From positions 544,001 to 608,000 of the forward strand of contig CAVVPN010000012.1 in assembly GCA_963750165.1 (NCBI GenBank): 64,000 nt of DNA. Direction: 5' to 3'. The position numbers and the translations under genes were made by a program. The notes beneath the pieces are model-generated. The model searched no databases. It had not been told where the DNA came from and saw only the letters and a program-made list of their open reading frames with translations. Positions 50,294-60,650 of the stretch are shown here, one piece after another. Position 1 is the stretch's first letter. Every line of letters begins with the position of its first letter. The DNA comes from an uncultured Gemmataceae bacterium. GTDB lineage: Bacteria; Planctomycetota; Planctomycetia; Gemmatales; Gemmataceae.

Positions 50294-53200
50294 ATGATGA
50301 AACCCAGGGTTACCGTATTCTTCCTGATCCTCGACCTGGCGCTGGCCGGCGCCGGGACGGCGAACGCCCAGGAAAAACTGGAGTACAACCGCCACATCCG
50401 GCCGATTTTGGCGGAGAACTGCTTCGCCTGCCACGGTCCCGACAGCGCCAGCCGCAAGGCCGGCCTGCGCCTTGACCGTCGCGACGACGCCATCAAGGCC
50501 GGCGTCCTCGTGCCCGGCAAGGCCGACGACAGCGACATCGTCGCGCGCATCAATCAGAAGAATCCGAACAAGCGGATGCCGCCGCCCAAATCGCACAAGA
50601 CGCTGACGCAGGCGCAAAAGGACACGCTGCGGCGCTGGATCGCCGCGGGGGCCGAGTATCAGCCGCACTGGTCGCTGCTCGCCGTCAAGCGGCCGCCGCT
50701 GCCGCAGGTCAAGAACGCCGCCTGGGTGCGCAACCCCATTGACCGCTTCATCCTCGCGGAGCTGGACAAGCACGGCCTCAAGCCCGCCCCCGAGGCCGAC
50801 CGCCGTACCCTCGCCCGCCGCCTCAGCCTCGACCTCACAGGACTGCCGCCCGAGCCCGCCGATGTGGAAGCGTTCGTCAACGACAAATCGACGAACGCTT
50901 ATGAGAAGCTGGTCGATAAGTTCCTGGCGTCGCCGCACTGGGGCGAGCACCGCGGCCGCTACTGGCTGGACGTGGCCCGCTACGGCGACACGCACGGCAT
51001 CCACTTCGACAACTACCGCGAGAACTGGGCCTTCCGCGACTGGGTTATCCGCGCCTTCAACGCGAACATGCCGTTCGATCAGTTCACGATCGAGCAGCTG
51101 GCCGGCGACCTGCTGCCGAAGCGCACGATCGACCAGCAAATCGGCTCCGGTTTCAACCGCTGCAACATCACCACCAACGAGGGCGGCGTCATCCCGGAGG
51201 AGTATCTGGTTCTGTACACACGCGACCGCACCGAGACGACAGCCCAGGTGTGGATGGGCATGACCGCCGGCTGCGCCGTGTGCCACGACCACAAGTTCGA
51301 CCCGCTCAGCCAGCGCGAGTTCTACCGCCTGGCGGCGTTCTTCAACAACACGACGCAGGGGGCGATGGACGGCAACATCAAGGACACGCCGCCGGTCATC
51401 ATCGTGCCGCGCATGGAGGACCGCGGCCGCTGGGACACGCTCGTCAAGGAGGTCGGCGACATGAAGGCGAAGACGGACGCCCGCAAGCAGGCAGCACGAT
51501 CCGCGTTTGCGAAGTGGTTGAAGGAGGCGAAGGCGGACGCCGTGACGGTGGCCGCACTGCAAGACCAGCTGCGCTTCCACGCGGCGCTGAGCGAGGGCAG
51601 CGGCGAGCAGGTGACGCTCGTCGAGGACGGCAAGCCGCGCACAGCGAAGCTCGCCAGGGTGCCAACCTGGGTGGCGGGCCATGTCGCCGCGAAGGCGTTC
51701 AAGCCGGGCGGCGGAGCCGTGGTCGCGTCCAGGGCGGCCGGCGACTTCGAGAAGGATCAGCCGTTCACGGTGTCCGTGTGGGTCAAGCCGACGAAGAATA
51801 ACCTGACCGGCGCCGTCGTCGCCCGCATGGACGAGACCAACAAATTCCGCGGCTGGGACCTGTTCCTGGAGGGCGGCCGGCCGACGGCGCACCTGGTGTC
51901 CGCGTGGCAGGACGACGCCATCAAGGTGAACAGCAAGACGTTCCTGAAGCCGAATCAGTGGCACCATGTCACGCTGAGCTACGACGGCTCCGGCAAGGCG
52001 TCGGGCGTGCGGCTCTACGCGGACGGCAAGCCGCTGGAGACGACCGTCTTCGTGGACCGGCTGAGCGGCAGCATCCGCACCGACAAGCCGCTGCAAATCG
52101 GTCGGCGCTTCCCCGCCAGCTCACCGCTGACGGACATTCACGTGCAGGACCTGCGCGTCTACAGCCGCCCGCTGACGGGGCCGGAAGCGGCGCTGATCGC
52201 CCGCACCACGCGCGCCGCCTTGCTGGTGGCGAAGGCCGCCGACAAACGCAGCCCCGCTGAACAGAATGAGCTGTTCGACTGGTTCCTGACCGCGATGGAC
52301 AAGGAATACGGCCGACTGGCGGCGCAACTGGGGGCGCTGGTGCAGGAGCAGACCGCCATCAAATCGCGCGGCACCGTGGCCCATGTGATGCAGGAGCGGA
52401 CCACGCCGCCGGAAGCGTTCGTGCTCTTCCGCGGCGACTACGACAAGCGCCGCGAAAAAGTGACGCCGGCCACACCGGAAGCGCTGCCGCCGATGTCGGC
52501 CGAGCTGCCGCGCAATCGCCTCGGCCTGGCGCAGTGGCTGCTGCGGCCGGAGCACCCGTTGACGGCGCGTGTCACCGTCAACCGCTTCTGGCAGGAGGTC
52601 TTTGGCACCGGCCTGGTGCGCACGACCGGCGACTTCGGCGTCACCGGTGAGCTGCCGTCGCACCCGGAGCTGCTCGACTGGTTGGCGGTGGAGTTCCGTG
52701 AAAAGCACTGGGACGTGAAGCAATTCTTCAAGCTGATCGTCACGTCCGCGGCCTACCGTCAGGCCGCGACAGTCAGCAAGGAGGCGCTGCACAAGGATCC
52801 GCACAACCGGCTGCTGTCGCGCGGCCCGCGCTATCGCCTGGACGCGGAGATGATCCGCGATTACGCCCTGGCGGCGAGCCGCCTCTTGGTGCGCAAGCTC
52901 GGCGGCCCGAGCGTCAAGCCGTACCAGCCGGAGGGCGTCTGGGAGGCGGTCGCCATGAACGTCAGCAACACCAGCATCTACCGGCGCGACCGCGGCGAGA
53001 ACCTGTATCGCCGCAGCATGTACACGTTCTGGAAGCGCGGCGCCCCGCCGGCGTCGATGGAGATTTTCAACGCCCCGACGCGCGAGTTCTGCACCGTGCG
53101 CCGCGAACGCACCAACACGCCACTGCAGGCGCTGGTGACGCTCAATGACGTGCAGTTCGTCGAGGCGGCCCGGCACCTGGCGACCGCGGCACTGAAGCAG

Positions 53201-53461
53201 GGCGGCGACAGGTTTGAGGGCCGCGCCGACTTCATGGCCCGACGGCTGCTGGCGCGGCCGTTCAGCGCCGCCGAGTTGAAGGTGCTGCGCGAGGTCTTCG
53301 CCGACCTGCACGGCTTCTACAAGTCGCACCCGAATGACGCCCGGCAACTGCTCACCGTCGGCGAATCGGTGGCGGACACGACGCTGGACCCGCCGACGCT
53401 GGCGGCGTGGACGATGCTGGCCAACCAGCTGATGAACCTGGACGAGGTGTTGAACAAGTAA
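50294..53461 (+). CDS. Planctomycete cytochrome c + DUF1549 + LamG/ConA-like + DUF1553 protein
   Basis: CFACHG, CAVCHDH, PFTVSVWVKP..QWHHVTLSYDGS LamG insert, [21 protein letters not shown]. Confidence 0.94.
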   Translation: MMKPRVTVFFLILDLALAGAGTANAQEKLEYNRHIRPILAENCFACHGPDSASRKAGLRLDRRDDAIKAGVLVPGKADDSDIVARINQKNPNKRMPPPKSHKTLTQAQKDTLRRWIAAGAEYQPHWSLLAVKRPPLPQVKNAAWVRNPIDRFILAELDKHGLKPAPEADRRTLARRLSLDLTGLPPEPADVEAFVNDKSTNAYEKLVDKFLASPHWGEHRGRYWLDVARYGDTHGIHFDNYRENWAFRDWVIRAFNANMPFDQFTIEQLAGDLLPKRTIDQQIGSGFNRCNITTNEGGVIPEEYLVLYTRDRTETTAQVWMGMTAGCAVCHDHKFDPLSQREFYRLAAFFNNTTQGAMDGNIKDTPPVIIVPRMEDRGRWDTLVKEVGDMKAKTDARKQAARSAFAKWLKEAKADAVTVAALQDQLRFHAALSEGSGEQVTLVEDGKPRTAKLARVPTWVAGHVAAKAFKPGGGAVVASRAAGDFEKDQPFTVSVWVKPTKNNLTGAVVARMDETNKFRGWDLFLEGGRPTAHLVSAWQDDAIKVNSKTFLKPNQWHHVTLSYDGSGKASGVRLYADGKPLETTVFVDRLSGSIRTDKPLQIGRRFPASSPLTDIHVQDLRVYSRPLTGPEAALIARTTRAALLVAKAADKRSPAEQNELFDWFLTAMDKEYGRLAAQLGALVQEQTAIKSRGTVAHVMQERTTPPEAFVLFRGDYDKRREKVTPATPEALPPMSAELPRNRLGLAQWLLRPEHPLTARVTVNRFWQEVFGTGLVRTTGDFGVTGELPSHPELLDWLAVEFREKHWDVKQFFKLIVTSAAYRQAATVSKEALHKDPHNRLLSRGPRYRLDAEMIRDYALAASRLLVRKLGGPSVKPYQPEGVWEAVAMNVSNTSIYRRDRGENLYRRSMYTFWKRGAPPASMEIFNAPTREFCTVRRERTNTPLQALVTLNDVQFVEAARHLATAALKQGGDRFEGRADFMARRLLARPFSAAELKVLREVFADLHGFYKSHPNDARQLLTVGESVADTTLDPPTLAAWTMLANQLMNLDEVLNK

Positions 53462-53469
53462 CAAATCCA

Positions 53470-53531
53470 GCGAGCGGGGTCGCGTCAGCGCCCCGTGCAT
53501 GTTCACGGGGCGCTGACGCGACCCCGCTCGC
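53470..53531. repeat. Intergenic palindrome (GCGAGCGG..CGTCAGC family)
   Basis: GCGAGCGGGGTCGCGTCAGCGCCCCGTG-catgtt-CACGGGGCGCTGACGCGACCCCGCTCGC; related to 60447-60531. Confidence 0.88.
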
Positions 53532-53549
53532 CGGCGCAAGGAGCCACCC

Positions 53550-55013
53550 ATGACCCCGTTCCAAGAATACCTCCGCTTCGAGTCGCGCCGCCAGTTCCTG
53601 GCCCAGGGCGTCAACGTCGTCGGCGCCGCGGCGCTGGCCACGCTGCTCGGCCAGGACCGCGCCGCCGCCCAGCAGTCTCCGCAAGCGCAGGAGTCGCCCC
53701 GCAGCCTGACGCACTTCGCGCCGAAGGCGAAGCACGTGATTTACCTGCACATGGTCGGCGGACCGCCGCAGATGGACCTTTACGACTACAAGCCCGTCAT
53801 GCGCGACTGGTACGACCGCGACCTGCCGGACTCGATCCGCAACAATCAGCGGCTCACGACCATGACCAGCCGCCAGGCCCGCTTCCCCGTGGCGCCGTCG
53901 AAGTACAAGTTCACGCGGCACGGCCGCAGCGGTATGTGGGTTTGCGAACTGCTGCCGTACACCAGCCGCATGGTCGATGACATGTGCTTCATCCGCTCGA
54001 TGCACACCGAGGCGATCAACCACGAGCCGGCGATCACGATGCTGCAAACCGGCAGCCAGATCACCGGCCGGCCGTGCCTGGGGGCGTGGGCGTCGTATGG
54101 CCTGGGCTCGCTGAATCACAACCTGCCGACGTTCGTGGTGATGGTGGCGCGGCCGAGCAACACCGAACAGGTGCAGGCGATCGCGGCGCGGCTGTGGCAG
54201 TCCGGCTTCCTGGCGGGCGAGCACGCCGGCTGCGCCTTCCGCAGCAGCGGCGACCCGATCCTGTACATCAACAACCCGCCCGGCGTGCCGATGGACGTGC
54301 GCCGCACCACCCTCAACGGCCTGCGCCGGCTCAACGAAATGAATTTCCAGCGCGTCGGCGACCCGGAGACGCACACGCGGATTCAGCAATACGAGTTGGC
54401 GTTTCGCATGCAGCAGAGCGTGCCGGAGCTGGTGAACCTGGCCAACGAGCCGGCCTCGACGTTCGCGCTGTACGGCGACTCGGCGCGGACGCCGGGCACG
54501 TTCGGTCACACGGCCCTGCTGGCGCGGCGGCTGGTGGAGCGCGGCGTGCGCTTCGTGCAGGTTTACCACAACAACTGGGACACGCACGGCAACGTCGCCG
54601 GCCGGCTGCCGAGCCAGTGCCGCGACGTGGATCAACCGTGCTGGGGCCTGATCCAGGATTTGAAGCGTAAGGGGCTGTTCGACGAGACGCTCATCATCTG
54701 GGGCGGCGAGTTCGGCCGGACGATCTACTCACAGGGCGGCCTGACGCCGCAGAACTATGGCCGCGACCATCATCCGCGCTGCTTCACGATGTGGATGGCC
54801 GGCGGCGGCGCGGCCCGCGGCCAGATTTACGGCGAGACGGACGACTTCAGCTACAACATCGTGCGCGACCCGGTGCACGTCCGCGACTTCCACGCGACGG
54901 TGCTGAAGCTGCTCGGCTTTGATCACCAGCGCTTCAGCTACCGCCATCAGGGGCTCGATTACCGCCTGACTGGCGTCGAGCCGGCGCATGTGATTGAGGA
55001 ATTGCTGGCTTAA
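53550..55013 (+). CDS. DUF1501 protein (Tat-like signal)
   Basis: SRRQFL, KAKHVIYL, WDTH, GEFGRT, GRDHHP. Confidence 0.94.
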   Translation: MTPFQEYLRFESRRQFLAQGVNVVGAAALATLLGQDRAAAQQSPQAQESPRSLTHFAPKAKHVIYLHMVGGPPQMDLYDYKPVMRDWYDRDLPDSIRNNQRLTTMTSRQARFPVAPSKYKFTRHGRSGMWVCELLPYTSRMVDDMCFIRSMHTEAINHEPAITMLQTGSQITGRPCLGAWASYGLGSLNHNLPTFVVMVARPSNTEQVQAIAARLWQSGFLAGEHAGCAFRSSGDPILYINNPPGVPMDVRRTTLNGLRRLNEMNFQRVGDPETHTRIQQYELAFRMQQSVPELVNLANEPASTFALYGDSARTPGTFGHTALLARRLVERGVRFVQVYHNNWDTHGNVAGRLPSQCRDVDQPCWGLIQDLKRKGLFDETLIIWGGEFGRTIYSQGGLTPQNYGRDHHPRCFTMWMAGGGAARGQIYGETDDFSYNIVRDPVHVRDFHATVLKLLGFDHQRFSYRHQGLDYRLTGVEPAHVIEELLA

Positions 55014-55019
55014 CACAAC

Positions 55020-55061
55020 GGCCGCGCGTCCCGATTCGTTGACGGGGGCACGCGGCCTTTT
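55020..55061 (+). terminator. Rho-independent terminator
   Basis: GGCCGCGCGTCCC...GGGCACGCGGCC followed by TTTT. Confidence 0.6.
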
Positions 55062-55064
55062 CCC

Positions 55065-55697
55065 TTACCCTGGGGCGGTTTCTGGCGACGGGGGAGCGGA
55101 CGGTACGCGGTGTTTCAGTTCTCGGCACAGTTTGTCGAACGAGGGGGAATGGTTCCGGCAAAGAGCCAGGTCCATTGCAGCGGTGAAGCGCGGCTGGTCA
55201 ACCCGTTCGCTGTACTTTCGGGGCAGCAGGCTTTTGATCCAACCCTTGCCTTTGCCCTCCTCCTCGGGATTCACCGGGACCACGAGGTCGGCGGGAAGAT
55301 CGTTCTTCCCCGCCAGGGAGGCGGCGGCGGCCGCGAACCACGTCTCGAACATGGGGTGGGGTAGAACGCAGGCGATGTCTGCATCCGCCCGGGATTCCCG
55401 AGCCCATTGCAACAGTCGGGGGGCAAGTTCTCTGGGACAGGCGCCCTCCGAGTCGATGAAAATCAGCACCAGTTTGTGAAAGTCATCTGGAGGGCGTAAA
55501 TCCAGTTTGATCCTGGCGGCGTCCACGGCCGCCTTGAGCCCGGGTTCCTTCAACAAGGTTCCCTGGTGGTGTCGGAACGGACGCAGCACGTCGAGGCTGT
55601 CGCCGCCCAGCAGTTCGTACCAGAGCCGTTCGAGCAGCACCCGGATGGACTGGTCCTCGCCGTGGCCCTCCACGATGACCGCCACACGCAGGGGCAT
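55065..55697 (-). CDS. DUF4276-family (TOPRIM-like) protein
   Basis: VIVEGHGE, IFIDSEG.CP, FETWF.A, YSERVDQP, SPSFDKL; 2 nt from ATPase stop. Confidence 0.82.
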   Translation of the reverse strand: MPLRVAVIVEGHGEDQSIRVLLERLWYELLGGDSLDVLRPFRHHQGTLLKEPGLKAAVDAARIKLDLRPPDDFHKLVLIFIDSEGACPRELAPRLLQWARESRADADIACVLPHPMFETWFAAAAASLAGKNDLPADLVVPVNPEEEGKGKGWIKSLLPRKYSERVDQPRFTAAMDLALCRNHSPSFDKLCRELKHRVPSAPPSPETAPG

Positions 55698-55699
55698 GG

Positions 55700-57073
55700 T
55701 TAGTTCCCCCCTCCCGAGGGAAGCACTTCTGCTTGCCGTTGTAAATCGGCTTCGTCGAGGTCAAGTTGGCCCATGCGCTGCAAATCGGCCAGAGTGTAAA
55801 GTTCCTTGCGAAGAATTTCCCGGCTGGCGGGATCCACGGGGGCGATTTGCGTCTGGCCGTTGCGCATTCGCACGACGAGCACCTGACCGGGTTCCACCTG
55901 GCGATCCGCCAGCAGATCGCCGCTGTGGGTAGTTAACAACACCTGCGTCTGCCCCGTTGCCTCCTCCAATGCATCAACCAGAGCCTGAGTGGCGGCAGGG
56001 TGGAGGGAAGTCTCTGGTTCTTCAATGCCAACGACAATCGGCCCGACCGGCAAGTGAATCTGGAAGACGGCCATCAGCGCCGCCAGGGATCGTAATGTCC
56101 CGTCTGACATGCTAGCTGCGTCGAACCCCAGGGATAAGGTTGCTGGTCCCGACGGCCGCAACTGAAAGCGGACGGTGTTGTACTCCCCATACTGCACTGC
56201 GTCAAATTGATCGACATCTTCCACAATGGTCACGAGATAATCTCGGATACGTGTGATGGCATCCGGACTGATTTCTTTCAACCCCTCGATCACACTCGCG
56301 AGGTTGCTCCCGTCTCGTTCCAAAAGCACCCCTGGGGCAGGCTTTTGAAGCCGGCGGATGGCTTCCGGATAAAAGTTGTAGAAGCCCATTTCCCGGAGCC
56401 CTTCTCCCAAGGAGATGAATGGCTGGGTGCCGATTACACCGAGTAAGGGCCGGTCAGGACGGTAAGTGGTAAAGAACTCCTGGGCGAGCGGGCTCTGGAT
56501 CGGTTCCTTGACGCCCTCTCTTGATCGCCAGCGAGAGATCAAACCGTCTCGCACCTCAAAGCCAATCCCGGCCTGAGTATCCAGTCCTTGAATCTCCAAC
56601 ATCTCTTTATGGATAATTGGGATGTTATATTGATCTCGTGCCAATTCCAAATAATATCTAGCAAGCAAGGCGTCGTCCGCCAAATCCATCTGTGCTCTTT
56701 TTCCAGGTAATTCCGCTGTATGAAGGTGGCTTCCGTTCCCCCGGCGATCGAAGGGTTCGCGTAGGAAACCCACTTCAATTTCAAAAATGATCTGGGGAGA
56801 CGCCGGACTGCGGCAAGCCACGGACGCCCAACCTCCTCGGCGCTTGAACGCATCAGAAACGCTGTATTCCATCGAGTCACGCAGGAACGCCAGCGCATCG
56901 AGGAAGTTGCTTTTTCCCGAGCCGTTTCGGCCCACCAAGATCGTCATTGGCTGGAGCCGCACGTCGCACAAGGCAATGCTCTTGTACCCCTGAATGCGGA
57001 CGCGGCGCAGGAACGGCGGTTTCGTCCGCTCCGCCAGCCAGTGGCCGTTCTGTGATTCTTCCGCAGTCGCCAT
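55700..57073 (-). CDS. AAA_21 / ABC-type ATPase
   Basis: GRNGSGKSNFLDAL, MSDGTLR, IEEPETSLHP, LTTHS. Confidence 0.9.
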   Translation of the reverse strand: MATAEESQNGHWLAERTKPPFLRRVRIQGYKSIALCDVRLQPMTILVGRNGSGKSNFLDALAFLRDSMEYSVSDAFKRRGGWASVACRSPASPQIIFEIEVGFLREPFDRRGNGSHLHTAELPGKRAQMDLADDALLARYYLELARDQYNIPIIHKEMLEIQGLDTQAGIGFEVRDGLISRWRSREGVKEPIQSPLAQEFFTTYRPDRPLLGVIGTQPFISLGEGLREMGFYNFYPEAIRRLQKPAPGVLLERDGSNLASVIEGLKEISPDAITRIRDYLVTIVEDVDQFDAVQYGEYNTVRFQLRPSGPATLSLGFDAASMSDGTLRSLAALMAVFQIHLPVGPIVVGIEEPETSLHPAATQALVDALEEATGQTQVLLTTHSGDLLADRQVEPGQVLVVRMRNGQTQIAPVDPASREILRKELYTLADLQRMGQLDLDEADLQRQAEVLPSGGGN

Positions 57074-57099
57074 GAGAACCTCATTCACACAATGCCCGA

Positions 57100-57853
57100 T
57101 CACGACGGCCGCCCGCCCCACATCTCCTCATCCGCGAACGGGTGAATCGGCCGATCCGCCTTCGGCTTCGGCCGCGCCTTCAGAATCGCCTCCGCCAGCA
57201 TCAGGTCGGCCCTGGTCGTGATCTTGATGTTGGAGCCGTCCCCCTCGACGACCGCCACGGGATGGCCGGCCGCCTCGACGAGCTGGGCGTCGTCGGTGAT
57301 CGCCTGCCCCACCTTGCTGCGGTTCGCGTACGCCGCCTCCAGCCAGTCGCGGCGGAACACCTGCGGCGTCTGCGCCAGCCACAGCCCTTGCCGCGGCACC
57401 GTCGCCTGCACGCGCTGTTGGCCGTCCACGCGCTTGAGCGTCTCGGCCACCGGCGCCGCCAGCAGCGCCGCCCACCTCCTGCGCCCTGGCGAACACCGCG
57501 TCGATCATGGCGTCGGTGACGCACGGCCGCACCGCGTCATGCACGGCGACGAACTCCACCTCCGGCTTGAGCAGCGCCAATGCGTTGGCGACCGACTCGA
57601 AGCGCTCGCGGCCGCCGTCGGCGATCTGCACATTCATGAACGCGATGTTGGCGATGTAGCGGCGGCGGAAGAGTTCCTGGTCGTCCGGGCTCACGACGAT
57701 CAGGCACTGGCACACGTCCTTGCGGTTGACGAAGTGCTCGACGGTGCGCAGCCAGACGGCGCGGCCGTCGAGGTTGGTGAACGGCTTCTTTTCCTTGTCG
57801 CGAAAGCGCGAGGATTTTCCCGCCGCCGGCAGGATGACCGCGAACGAACTCAT
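57100..57853 (-). CDS. ispD: 2-C-methyl-D-erythritol 4-phosphate cytidylyltransferase; apparent frameshift ~57470
   Basis: ILPAAGKSSRF, GG.ERFESV, AVHDAVRP, then in next frame AQTPQVF, TDDAQLVE, NIKITT. Confidence 0.93.
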
Positions 57854-57907
57854 GGCGACCCCCAGGACAATGGCCCCGGCACGGAACGTCCGCCGCGCCG
57901 TTGTCAC

Positions 57908-58231
57908 TTATCCTACCGCGCCCGCCACCCGCGCCGCCAGGGTGCGCTGCGCCGCGGCGCCGGCGTCCAGCCACGCCCGCAGCGCTTCCTCCGCCGCTGC
58001 CAGCGCCGCGTCGGCGTCCGCGACCTGTAGTTCCGCCTCGTCCACGCGGGCGGCAAGCCGTCCCTCGGCGACGCACGCCGGGGGCGACGGCGGGACTGCG
58101 GTCGGCGGCGCGGCTTCGAGCGCCTGCAGCCGGTGGTCGGCCTGCTCCAGAGCGTCGGCCAGAGACTGCTGCACCTGATCGAGCACGTCGCCCCAGGTGG
58201 GCGGCAACACGGGTTCACGGGCCGCGGCCAT
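57908..58231 (-). CDS. Small Ala-rich coiled-coil hypothetical protein
   Basis: ATG after GGGAGGG; helical composition; co-oriented with ispD. Confidence 0.6.
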   Translation of the reverse strand: MAAAREPVLPPTWGDVLDQVQQSLADALEQADHRLQALEAAPPTAVPPSPPACVAEGRLAARVDEAELQVADADAALAAAEEALRAWLDAGAAAQRTLAARVAGAVG

Positions 58232-58405
58232 GCTTCCCTCCCTTCTGCCATCGTTGTGCGGTTGCGCGGAACGCGCAACCGTCCAGCACCGCCCGCGGCG
58301 GCCTGGCGTTCTCGACATACCGCAACCACCACGCTTTTTCCAGCGCATCTGGGTGTGCTGGCGGAAGAAGGAGGGCAAGAAAGGAGCGCGTAGGAAAAAA
58401 AGTTC

Positions 58406-58461
58406 CCGGTTTAGCCGCGACGCGCAGTGGAGCGCTCCCCTTCGGGTCGCGGCTAAACCGG
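58406..58461. repeat. Intergenic palindrome (GTTTAGCCGCGAC family)
   Basis: CCGGTTTAGCCGCGAC...GTCGCGGCTAAACCGG. Confidence 0.85.
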
Positions 58462-58534
58462 TTCCAGCAGGGCGGCACACGCAACCGCCCTGTTGCTGGC
58501 TCCGAAAAGCGCAGCGTTTCCAGAATGTCCTGGA

Positions 58535-60325
58535 TCACTTCTTCTGCGACTTCTGCCAGGCGCGCCAGGCCTTGGCGGCAGCGGTGCGCTCGGCGCGGGT
58601 GGCGTCGTCCTCCGGCCCGAAGTCCTGGCTGGTGATCTGCGTCAGCGCCCGGTGGGCGGCGTGCGCGACCGGCGGCTCAGCGTCCTCCAGCAGGTTAATC
58701 AGCTCGGTAATGTACCGGGTCTGTTTTTTCATGCCGGCGGCCAGGGCGGCGGCCCGCCGCAGTTCCACCTGGTCCGACTTCAGAGCCGCGCTCACCTCCA
58801 CGGGCGGTTCGGCACTCAGGCGCTCCGTCAGCACGGCGCGGGCCCGCGTCTTGGCCGCGCCCTTCAACGCCGGGATGGCGCTGGCCAGCGCCGCGTTGTA
58901 GCCGGGGCCCTTCGCCGCCTTGAACTTGTCCAGCACCGCCCCCTGTTTGGACGCCGGCGCGGCGGTCAGTTCCTCGCCCAACTGCTTGGCGCTCGGCCCC
59001 GTCTTCGACGGCGGGTCGGTGTTCTTCTTGGGGCCCTTGTTCTCGTTCTTGTTGACGAGGTTCGGCAGGTCCGGGATGACCAGCCGCGGCTCCTCCACCA
59101 CCTTGGGCTGCGTCACCTTGACCTTGGCGGTCAGGTCCGCGGCCAGGTTGACGCGCTTCAGGAACAGCAGCGCGAAACAGGTATCGCAGCTGCCCTGGGC
59201 GAAATCGCCACGCCACGCGCCGTCGGGGTACTGGACGGACAGCAACAGCTCGGCCCCCCAACCGAACCAGTCCTTGGTGCCGATGTGCTTGCCCTCCAGG
59301 TTGTACGCCACCGCCATCCGCTCCAGGCTCCACAAGGCGTAGTAAATGCGGCCGCTTTTCGCCTGCGCCGCCGCCTTGGCCCTGTCGCCAATGGGGTTGC
59401 CGATGGTCGAGGCGACCGCCCCCAGGCCCGCGCGCACGCGCTCGTCCTTGGCCAGGTCCACCTTGGCCCGGCTGGGGTCGCTGGCGTGGCCCAGCGCCAG
59501 GCCCAGCAGGCCGGCGCAGGTCATCGCCAGACTGGGCGAGGTGTCTGCCGTCTTGGGGGCGTTCTTGTTCTTCTCAAATTCGTAGCTCCAGCCACCGGTC
59601 TCGAACTGAAAATTGCGGAAGCGCTGTTCGGTGAGCAACAATTGCCGCTCGACCGGCATGCCGTAGCGACGGCCAACCCACAGAGCCATCATGGAGAACT
59701 GGGTGTTGGAGTTGTCGCCGGAGGTGTTCTTGTCCCCCTGCAAGGGGGCGCGCACGAACGGCATCAACTCCCGCTGCATGTAAGGCGTCAGCTGGGTCCA
59801 GTGGCGGGGGGTGCGGTCCTTGGGCAGTTTCGGGTTGAGCTTGCCCGGCGTCGCCACCTTGAGGTGCGCATCCAGGCGCTCGGTGTCCGTCCCTGCCACG
59901 CTGGAGGTGTAATCCCAGCCGCCCCAGGCGTTCTGGGCACGCATCAGGCGGAACGTCATGGATTCGATGAGCGGCAGGTCGATCTCATCGCCCAGGCGGT
60001 CCAGAAAGAAAATGCACAGGGACAGGGAGTAGTTTTGGGACAGCTGGACCATTTCTTTGCGGACGGCGGCCGCGGCCTTCTGAATGGACGGGTCGGTTGG
60101 GGCGACGCCGCATTCCAGGAGCGTCCAGCCGGCCAGGGCTGTGGCGCCGATCTGGGCGTGCTGCCAGGTGCCGTCCTCACGCTGCTGGGAGCGCAAATAC
60201 GTCAGCCCCTTGCGGACGGCTGCGGCAATGTCCGCTTCTTTCGGCGCCTGGGCATCCCCAGGGCTGGGCCACGACAACAACACGAGAGCGGAAAGCACCA
60301 GGCCAAACCACGCGGCTCGGTTCAT
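58535..60325 (-). CDS. Exported prenyltransferase/squalene-oxidase-repeat (alpha/alpha barrel) protein with C-terminal HEAT-like domain
   Basis: Signal peptide; YLRSQQREDGTW, QNAWGGWDY, DNSNTQF, GGWSY, QYPDGAW, DTCFALLFL; C-terminal HEAT motif. Confidence 0.8.
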   Translation of the reverse strand: MNRAAWFGLVLSALVLLSWPSPGDAQAPKEADIAAAVRKGLTYLRSQQREDGTWQHAQIGATALAGWTLLECGVAPTDPSIQKAAAAVRKEMVQLSQNYSLSLCIFFLDRLGDEIDLPLIESMTFRLMRAQNAWGGWDYTSSVAGTDTERLDAHLKVATPGKLNPKLPKDRTPRHWTQLTPYMQRELMPFVRAPLQGDKNTSGDNSNTQFSMMALWVGRRYGMPVERQLLLTEQRFRNFQFETGGWSYEFEKNKNAPKTADTSPSLAMTCAGLLGLALGHASDPSRAKVDLAKDERVRAGLGAVASTIGNPIGDRAKAAAQAKSGRIYYALWSLERMAVAYNLEGKHIGTKDWFGWGAELLLSVQYPDGAWRGDFAQGSCDTCFALLFLKRVNLAADLTAKVKVTQPKVVEEPRLVIPDLPNLVNKNENKGPKKNTDPPSKTGPSAKQLGEELTAAPASKQGAVLDKFKAAKGPGYNAALASAIPALKGAAKTRARAVLTERLSAEPPVEVSAALKSDQVELRRAAALAAGMKKQTRYITELINLLEDAEPPVAHAAHRALTQITSQDFGPEDDATRAERTAAAKAWRAWQKSQKK

Positions 60326-60446
60326 TGGCAAGTCCTCCGGCAAGGCGAATCCTCACAGGCAAAACATAGTCAGGATACCCATCCCCCGGAACTTCCGCCA
60401 GAGAAATGCGAAAAAATGACCACGAACGGGTGCTCCACTCGATGTT

Positions 60447-60531
60447 GGCGAGCGGCGCGGCGTCAGCCCGCCGGTACTGCGGAGTGTCAAGGACTTCGCA
60501 GTATCGGCGGGCTGACGCCGCGCCGCTCGCC
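60447..60531. repeat. Intergenic palindrome (GCGAGCGG..CGTCAGC family)
   Basis: GGCGAGCGGCGCGGCGTCAGCCCGCCG...CGGCGGGCTGACGCCGCGCCGCTCGCC. Confidence 0.88.
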
Positions 60532-60650
60532 GGCAACTGCCAAAATCGAGTGGAACACCCCACGAACCACGACGCTGGCAATGCACACGGCCCCCAGGAA
60601 GTGTTCCCAGGGGCCGTGAAACAGTACCGAGCAACGGAGTGGAAGCCGAC

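Noticed and set aside
58535..60325. Squalene-hopene cyclase
   Set aside because: QW-like repeats only; no DXDD motif, and it has a signal peptide
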